DNA of 64,000 nucleotides. Source: a virus (taxonomy: Duplodnaviria > Caudoviricetes). The notes under the pieces are model-generated. The model was not told the DNA's origin and ran no database searches. It saw only the letters and a list, made by a program, of their open reading frames with translations. Both the position numbers and the translations under genes were made by a program. Shown piece after piece: positions 16,901 through 25,900 of this stretch; within the stretch, counting starts at the first letter, position 1, and every line of letters begins with the position of its first letter. The stretch lies in IMG/VR virus record IMGVR_UViG_3300025936_000016, positions 40,656 to 104,655 of that record. The stretch is one strand, 5' to 3'.

Positions 16901-19900
16901 GATGAGCCTGACGATTCACCTATGAACCGGATCGCCAAGGCGATCACGGCACCCAGGTCGATAACCCTGGCCCAGAAGAAGGCCCGCGCCCGGAAGTGGG
17001 GCCAGAAGCATGGCTATGAGGGCCGAGCTGGTGGCTGGATCCATGACTCCAAGGGCAAGCCGGTAGCCCATGGCTGGGACGCGCTGTACAACCAGCACAC
17101 GGATGCCATCGAGAAGGACACTGCACCATCCGTCAGGGCAACTCCGGCCAAGAAGGCCACTGGACCCACGTTCAAGGAGCGGGTGGCTGCCGCCAGGAAG
17201 GAAGGACCACCGCCCCCGGAGACCCCAGGGCAGGAAGCGGCCAGGGAGCGGAGGCACCAGCAGGCCCTAAGGCGCATTGAGAATAGGAAGAAGGCGGAAA
17301 GCGCCGACGTCCAGGCTCACAACGAGGCCAGAAGGATCATCACCTCTGACGGTCAGGTCAATTCCAGTAACCTGCGCCAGGCCTTGGTCGACGCCCATGG
17401 TGAGGCAGCCCGGTCGCGCGTCCTTGAGAGTCTCGACACGAACCTCAACCGACAGCGCAAGGGCACTCGGTTCTATGGTGAGAAGCTGCCGGCCACGGAA
17501 TGGCGCAAGATCGCACGTGACCTTGGTGTCAAGGGCATGGCTCGTAGCGACAGCCCCACCATCAAGGCTGCCATTCTCAAGAACTTCGCCGACGTAGACG
17601 AGGCCCGCAAGGCAGACATTCAGGCCCGTAACGCATCCGTAAAGGACCGTAGTCGGGATGTCATTGAGGCACAGGCGATCCTTGACTCCGCCAAGAAGGA
17701 CCCCCACTACCACAAGCGTGGCGGTTGGGGCAGGAACTCGTTTGACACTGACCGGGGCGGGGACCTGCTCGGCGAGAAGATAGCCGAGGCCCAGGGCTTC
17801 GACCAGCTGCCTGAGGTTGTAAGTCGGGAGGAGTTCGAGCAGCGTCGCGGCAAGGACATTGGGCTGGTCCTGTACCGGGGCGTCAACACCACGGGCCGGG
17901 CCGAGCCTGGTATGGGCGGGGAGTTCAAGGGCAAGCCAGCCTCCGAGGTTCATGACGAGTTCCGCGAAGGCCGCTACCACATGGGTATCGGGTCCTTTGG
18001 CAACGGCACCTACATGACCAGGAACAGCCAGCACGCCAAGGGTTACAGCGACCTGACCGAAGGTGCTGTGGCCCGGTACGGCCTGTCGAAAGACGCCAAG
18101 ATCGTTGAGCTTCCCGACCTGATCGATGAGCACAACAAGTACATGGAGGGTCTGCCAGAGACCAGCCGTCTGCGCAGGGTCTTCGGCGACGACATCGGCC
18201 GCTACGCCATGTCTCGGGGTTACGACGCCATCCACGTGCCCCGTGGCTCTCAGGCCATTGGCGTGGGGCCTGAGGGCGCCAAGGACCAGTACGTCATCCT
18301 GAACCGGGGCAAGGTCATTGCCGAGGCACCTGGGGCTGTTGGCACTGTGGCTGAGGCCCGAAAGGCCGTCCGTGCCAAGAAGGCCGTTCCTCGTGCTGCT
18401 GGCAGGACTGGCGACGGGGACCGGGTCGACTTCGAGGGCATGACTCCGCCACAAAAGGCCCTCAGCAAGAGGGCTGCCAAGGGTATTGCTGCCCGGGTGG
18501 CAGCCAAGCAAGAGCCTGAGGCTCCGCCGGCCAAGGCGGTTAAGGCGGTCCCTAAGGCAATGCCTGCAGCCAAGAAGGCAGCGGCGCCTAAGTTCCTGCG
18601 CCCACTTGCTGACGGCACGCCCAGGAAGAGTGCCACGAACCTTGAAGTTGGTGACATTGCCTCTAACTCGTATCGACGGGACCGGCCCCCGATGCGAGTC
18701 ACCAAGTTGGAGCGCAACGGAAACAACATCTCGGTCACTTTCGAGGATGGGTCAGTCGACCGTGCTGGCGTCAACTGGGCGTATTGGATCGGTCCCCGTG
18801 GTGGGGCCAAGAAGGCTGCTCCTGGGCCTGGGCCAGCACCTCTTCCCCCTGGCCAGGGTCGCGCTGTCACCAAGGCGCTACCGATCCAGGCCAGTACCCC
18901 AGGCGAGAACCCAGCTGTTCGACCAGGCGGAAAGATTGCCCTAGGCAGACTTCGCCAAGGCGACACAGTTCTGGTCCACAAGAACGACGATGGGACCTAT
19001 CGTCCTGCCTCCCGTAAGACGGGCGCCATCCCGGTAAAGGTGGATCGGGTCGAGCAAGTTGCCGCCACTGGCGGATTCCGGCGGACCACCAACCGGATGG
19101 CGGTCATAGGCACGGACCCGGATGGGAACGAAATCACGGTTGGCTACAGCCCTGCCTCCCGTCGAGGGGAAGGGTTCCCTGGTCACCAGACCTTTATGTA
19201 CGTCCCTAAGTCAGAGCCTGTCAAGGCAGCCAAGAAGGCCGCCCCAGCGAAGGCAGTAAAGGCTGCTCCGGCCAAGGTTGCCAAGGCTGCTGTCCCGGCC
19301 GCTGCACCTGAAGGTATCCCCGAGCAGCTGCCCACCAGCGTCACGGCCCTACGGAAGCTGGCCAAGGACAACGGCATCCCTGGTCACAACGAGTTGGGTC
19401 CTGACTCCTTGCGCGATGCCCTACGGGCCAAGCGTGAAAATCCTAATGTCATCCCTGTTTCTGCTGAGCTGTTCCCGCCAGAGATAAGGGACAAGATCAC
19501 TCCTGCCGGCCTACGGGAGATTGGCAAAAGCCAAGGAGTTGACCTCGAAGGCAAGACGACCGACGAGCTGCTTACGGACCTGGTCCGTAAGAGCATGCTC
19601 AAGGGTGCAGACGAGAAGGTCGCTAGGGCCACGCGTCAGGAGGCCCGCAAAGCAGCCGCTGCCAAGAAGCTCAGCGAGAAGAACGACAAGTATGGTCCCG
19701 ACGGTCCATCACACCTCGACCTGGACAAGGTCACCGAGGGCATGGACATTGACGCCAGTCACCGTGCTGTGCTTGATGATGCACAGGCCAGGCTGAACAG
19801 CGGCGATAGCCCGGCACAGGTAGCTAAGGAGCTGAGGGACCGGGCCCAGGGCCTGGAAACTCACAACGCCTATGTAAATGGTGGCTGGGGTCACGACGTA

Positions 19901-22900
19901 CATCGAGCCATGGATCCCCTCACGCCGGAGGAGCGAGCCAAGGCCAAGGCTGACGACAAGGCTAAGTACAACGCTGAAAAGGCCAGGGCCAAGCAACTAC
20001 GTGACGTTGCCGATCGCCTGGAGAAGACCCGTCGCCCAGTAGCCAGGAAGGCAGCGCCACCCAAGGCCACGCCTGCCAAGAAGGCCGCCACACCCACGCC
20101 CACGGCCAGGGTCGGTAAGGCTTCTGTTGGGCCCGAGCACCAGCGCAGTCTCCGGGAGGCGGTCAAGAAGGCAGCGCCATCGTCACGCCGTGTCTCTGAA
20201 AGGCCATACAACGCGCGTGACCGGAACCGTCTCACCGGCGCTGGGGACGAAGCGGCACAAGAGCGCATCCGCCAGCGGGCCAATGAGCTGTACGACGGGT
20301 CCCGCACTGTGGCTGCCGCCTGGCGCCAGGCCCTGGACGAGCACGAGGCAGCTAACCCGTTGCCGGGCAAGAAGGCCGTCCCTGCCGTCAAGAAGCTACC
20401 CACAACCAAGGTGTCGTTCACGAGGGGCACAAGGGTCCGCGACGAAAACGGAACCATAGGCCGCGTCACAAGCCTCAGTGACGACGGAAAGCACGTCAAT
20501 GTCCGTTGGGACAATGGAGTGCTCCAGAGCCATCGCGGCATTGACAGCGTCAAGGTCGTTCCGCCTGAGACTGTCAGGAAGGCACCCACCAAGGCAGAGA
20601 TCAATGGCCTGGGCAACGAAGACGAGGTTGAGGCACTCCTCAAGGAGCGCAACCCAACCGTGGCCGAGCTTCGGAAACTGGCCACAGAGGTAGGACCTCA
20701 CGTCAGCACCAAGGGCACCAAGGCCCAGCTGATGAAGAACATTGCATCCGGGTCCGAGCCGGGCATGAAGAACCGTCCGGCCAGGCTCTTTGCTGAGCCC
20801 AAGGTGCCGGCCAAGAAGGCTGTCCCCAAGGCCACGCGGCCCATGCGAGTTGGCGACATGGTGCCCGAGGGTGAGACCATCCCTGAACCTAAGGGCCGTC
20901 AGGTTTCGTTCCGTAGCGTTCAAGGTGGAGACATTGCCACCTGGGATGACAGGGGCACCCTTCGCCGGGGTCGGGTCGTGGACGACGGTCCTCGCCGCCG
21001 GTACGTGGACTGGGAGGGTGGACGACGGGAGCGGCTCAACTCGGCCGCACGTACGGGCGTCACCTTCCACAAGGCCGAGGCCGCTCCGACTAAGGCTGCA
21101 CCAGCCAAGAAGATAGCCGCCAAGAAGGCTGCACCAGCTGCCGGGGTCCAGGAGAAGCTGCGCCAGGACGAGGCCGAACGCCTACGGGCCGAGATCAAGA
21201 AGGCCTCAGCCCTAGGAAGTCGTGGCGCCGTAAAGCGCCGCAAGCTACAGGATCGGCTTCAGGGCGTTGAGAATGCCGGACATGCTGAAGACGTAGCGCC
21301 CGAGGAGATGACTCCTGACGGCAAGCAGGCCTGGGCCGATTCCTACCGCCAGAGCATTCGAGATGGTTTCGGTGACGAAGTAGCACGGCGCAAGGCCGAC
21401 ACCGACGCGTTCAAGGCCGCAATGGCAGACAGGGCTGGTGCTCCTGCTGCCAAGGTTGCTCCGTCGCCCCGCCGTGGCGAGGTGCATAGCCTGGCCTCCG
21501 ACCTTGGTATGGACGAGCGCGACGCCAAGCGCATTGACCACCTTCAGGAAACCACCATCCTCAAGGGCAAGGACATTGGCCGACCTCTGACCCGGGGGGA
21601 GATGGCCGACCAGATCGATGACATGATCACGAACCCACTCACCGGGTTGGAGGAGCAAAGGAAGGACTTCATCAAGAAGCACGACCTGGACAACGCCACC
21701 GAGGCACAGGCGCGGATCGACCGCTGGCGTCAGCTTGAGGGTCGCGTCCGGGCCGCAGCATCAGCTCGTGCTGTCAAGAAGGCCATGCCCGCCAAGAAGG
21801 CGGCTCCTGGCGGTCCAGGCGACCTGGCTCCAGAAGAACTGATCGCGATTCGGGACCTCAGCGCCAAGGGCCATTTCACGGACACCGGCTGGGTCCGGAG
21901 CACGGACCTCAAGCCGGAGCAGCGTAAGCACCTGGATGGCTTGGCCGAGAAGGGCTACGCCGAGAAGCGGACCACAGCCGAAGGCGACTTCTTCCGGATC
22001 GACAAGCGTGGGTTCAAGGCCCGGCAGCCCACGGTTGAAGGACAAGCCCTTGAGGGTGATGTCATTCCGGCTAAGTTGGAGGCAGAACACAGGCTACCGC
22101 TACACAAGATCAACCGTGGCGCTGTCATCCAGGCCTATCGTGACCCCAATGATCCGTCAAAGATCACCAATGTCCCAGAAACAGGCGTAGACCCCAGCCG
22201 TGTCGTCCGGGTTCAGGTTCAGCGGATTGACCGTCTGGGCGAGGACAAGCAGCCCGTCAAGGGTGCACAGCTGCCTTGGCATGCACGGATCGTTGGCCAT
22301 GACCTTGATACTGGGCGACGGGTTGATAGTGATGTCAACAGCATCGGTTCTCATTGGAACTGGGAGCTGAACCCAGACACAGACACCAGTCCTGACATCG
22401 AGGGTGAGGTTGTTCAGCCCAAGAAGGCGGTGACGGCAGCCAAGAAGGCAGTCCCTAAGGCGGCACCAGCAGCCAAGAAGACAGCGCCCGCCAAGAAGGC
22501 CGCGCCTCGTGGTTCCACGGAACTCAGCGACCAGGCCAGGATCTACGCCCAGGAGCGGCACGACTCCAACGTCAGGATCCAGCACGCTGTCACCCAGACC
22601 AAGAAGCCGGCCGGCTCGAACCTGGGCCTGAAGCCATTCCAGAACCTGACCAACGACGACATCGACCGGCTGTCGGGGCCTGAGAAGCAGTCCATGACCG
22701 ACGCCCTGGTCCGGGAACGGGACGCAGCCCCGACCCTGGCCGGCAAGCGCGAGGCCCTGGACCAGTTGGACCGGCTCCATGGTGGACGCTGGGAGCCACC
22801 AGAGGAGGCAACTCCTGAGGCACCCAAGGCGACAATGCCGGAACGTCGCCCCGAACTCCCACGTGCCATTGACACTTCGGCCAAGCGCCGGCTCTATGTC

Positions 22901-25900
22901 CAGGACCAAGAGAAGCTGACCCGGGAGCAGTTCGACGCCCTACCTCAGGAGCAGCGCGACCAGATCGTGTCGAACCTGCACGAGATCGGGGCCATGGACG
23001 ATGTGCCCCGGGCCTTCCGCGACAGCATGGGCTCATTGGTACGGGGCGCCACCCGTTCGCCCCACAACGATGCCGCCAAGCGCCTGGAGCGAAGGTTCAC
23101 TGAGCCCTACACACCTAAGCCCACCCGTCCCGCCAAGGCTGCCTCAACCCAGGAGGCTTTGGACAGGATCAAGGCCATCCCTGCCGACTCCAGCAACCCG
23201 GCCGAGGAGATCGACCGGGCCCTGAGTGGCATGACCAACCGGGAAATCGGAAAGGTCGCCGCTGAAGGTGGTTGGTACGAGCGCGGTGGCTACGACGTTC
23301 GTGGCGAGACCCGGGCCAGCCTCATTGAGCGGATCCGGGAGAACACGCACCCGAACACACCCACCGAGAAGGTGACCCCAGCACCTGAGGCGCCAGCTGC
23401 TACGAAGGCCGTCCCCAAGGCCACCCCACGCATGCCCCGGGACACTGAGGCCAAGGCCGTCACCAGGACCCAGCAGATCCGGGACCTGAAGGATCGGGAT
23501 GCGGCCGAGAAGATGCTGGTGGACAAGGAGGTTGGCCTGGACGAGCTGCGCCTCATCGCCCAGGACAATGGCGTCGACCCGGTCCAGCCCAAGGACCAGC
23601 TCCGTCGCGCCATCGTCGAGGCCCTGATCCCAGACGAGGGCGGTAGCCCAGCTAAGAAGGCAGCAGCTAAGGCTTCTGTCGCTGCCGCGAAGTCCGTGCC
23701 ATCGAAGACGCCACCGGCCGGTACCCGGGGCACTGGTGGAGGCGGGGCCAAGTACTCCACCAAGCCGCTGCTGGACAACAACTGGGGCGGTGGCGGTGGA
23801 CCTATTCACTACCACGACCATGGCCCCATTGGTCTGGCCGTGCAGCGCATGGGCAACGACAAGACGCTGGACATTGATGGTGAGCCGCTGGCCAACCGGG
23901 TCGGGATCCTGGCCACGGATGGCGTGACCGGGCGCAAGACCACACAGGAAGTCATCGAGGGCCTACGGGAGATCCGGGACAAGACGCCAGCGGGAAGTAA
24001 GGCCCGCGAGCAGCTGGACCACGCCATCAAGGAGATTGATTTCCCGCCAAGGACCGGGTCCCTGCCTGACGACGCCCTGCCGCCTGTTCGTGAGCTGATG
24101 CGGAACATCGAGAAGGTTCCTCTGGCTCGGGGCCAGAAGGACCGGTACGGCAATGACCGGTTCAATGAGATGGACTACCTCACCGACTTGGCCGAGAAGT
24201 TCGACCGGGGCGACATCAGCGGCCTGGACCTGATCGGCAAGATCCGGGACCTGACCCGGGACCGTCACGAGAGTGAAGGTGCTGAGGGCAAGTTCGAGAT
24301 GGACCGGTACGCCAGGAAAGCGGCTGACGACCTGGAGAAGATGTATCGGGACCCGAACACCCGCAAGCAGTTGGCGCGTAGGAGCCCAGACCAGGCCAGC
24401 ACCGGGCGGGTCCCGGAGGTGGACACCAGCGCCAGGACGCCTACTGGCGTAGACCGGGCACTGCAGCGGCTGGAGGCAAGGAACCGGAACCGGCGCATCG
24501 AGCGGACCCAGGCCGCCATCAGCCTGGCCCAGGAGCTGCGGGACATCAACGACACCGATCGGAGCGGCTTCCTTGAGGCTGTTCGTCAGCGCGTTGAGGG
24601 CAACCCAGGTGACGTGAACAACGAGCGGGACATGCTCGGCCAGGGTCACCAGGACCTGGTCGAGGCCCTGGGTGACTGGACCAAGCTGGACACCAAGGCC
24701 AAGGTGGAGGCCCGACTCAAGAAGTACTTCGAAGATCGTGGAATCACTGAGGAGCGCAAGGTCGGGGATCAGGTCGACTTTGATCCGGACACTATGGACA
24801 CGTTCCCTGGCGTCGACATCGCACCAGGCGACAAGGTCGAGGTCGTTCGTACTGGCTACCGGTACCGGGACAAGGACACTGGTCAAGAGATCCTATTGAC
24901 CAAGCCCATCGTGGTCCGTGAAGGGCAGGGTAGGGAGTCAGGCCCTTTAGCTGACGTCACGCCCGAAGTCGCTGCGCCCGAAGGTCCGCGCCCTGTCCCC
25001 AAGGGCATGAGGCGGTCCACTGGGCCATTGGGTGAGGTCGACATACCCAGAGCCAAGAGCGAGGGCAACATCCGGATCCCAGACGAGGGCCGGGACTTCG
25101 TCAACGACATCCAGCAGGGTGTGCGTCGGAGCCCTGACAACATCCTGGACCGGGCCGACCACCTCAGCGCCGAGGACCTACGCAAGGTCGCTGGATACCT
25201 CGGCATTGATACAACGTCCAAGGATCGGAAGGTCACGCTCCGGAACAAGGTCGTCCGTGAAATCGGGCGCCGGATGGGATTCGAGCACCGGGAGACTTCA
25301 CCCAAGCGTGAGGAGCTGGAGCTTCTCTCCACAGCCCAACTCAAGGAACGGCTCCCCAAGGGCGTCAAGGCACCGACTGGCGCCTCCCGGGCCGAGCTGG
25401 TCGACATGGTCATGGGCGACGAACCCTCCAGTCCTCGCCATGCCTCTTTGACACCGGCCCAGGAGGAAATCAAGCACGCCTTCGACGAGGGAATGACTGA
25501 CGTCAAGAGCCTTGGTGGCGGCTCGATGGGTCGGGTCACATTGACCGAGGGCAAGGACGGCAGGAAGTACGTCCGTAAGCGGGTGCGCCGCGACTGGTTC
25601 ATTGGCGCCGAGGAGCAGGCCGATTCCGAGACCCTGTGGTCCCGGGCTGCCCGGGAGATTGGCATTGGCGCCCCAGCGGTCTACTCGCCGTCCCAGCGCA
25701 CCGTGGTCATGGACCATGTGCCATGGAAACTGGCCAGTAAGCACAGCCAGGAAGAGGTTGATGCTGCAGTAGCCACGCCCGAGGGCCGGCGCCTGCACAT
25801 CCTGGACCTGATCACAGGCAATGTCGACCGGCACAACGACAACTGGATGATCGACGACCAGGGTCGGCCCGTTCCCATCGACAACGCCTTGTCGTTCCGG

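Noticed and set aside
15400-23700. GCCAAGAAGGC DNA repeats in the giant gene as a nucleic-acid array
   Set aside because: Irregular spacing and synonymous variation show they are protein-level AKKA repeats
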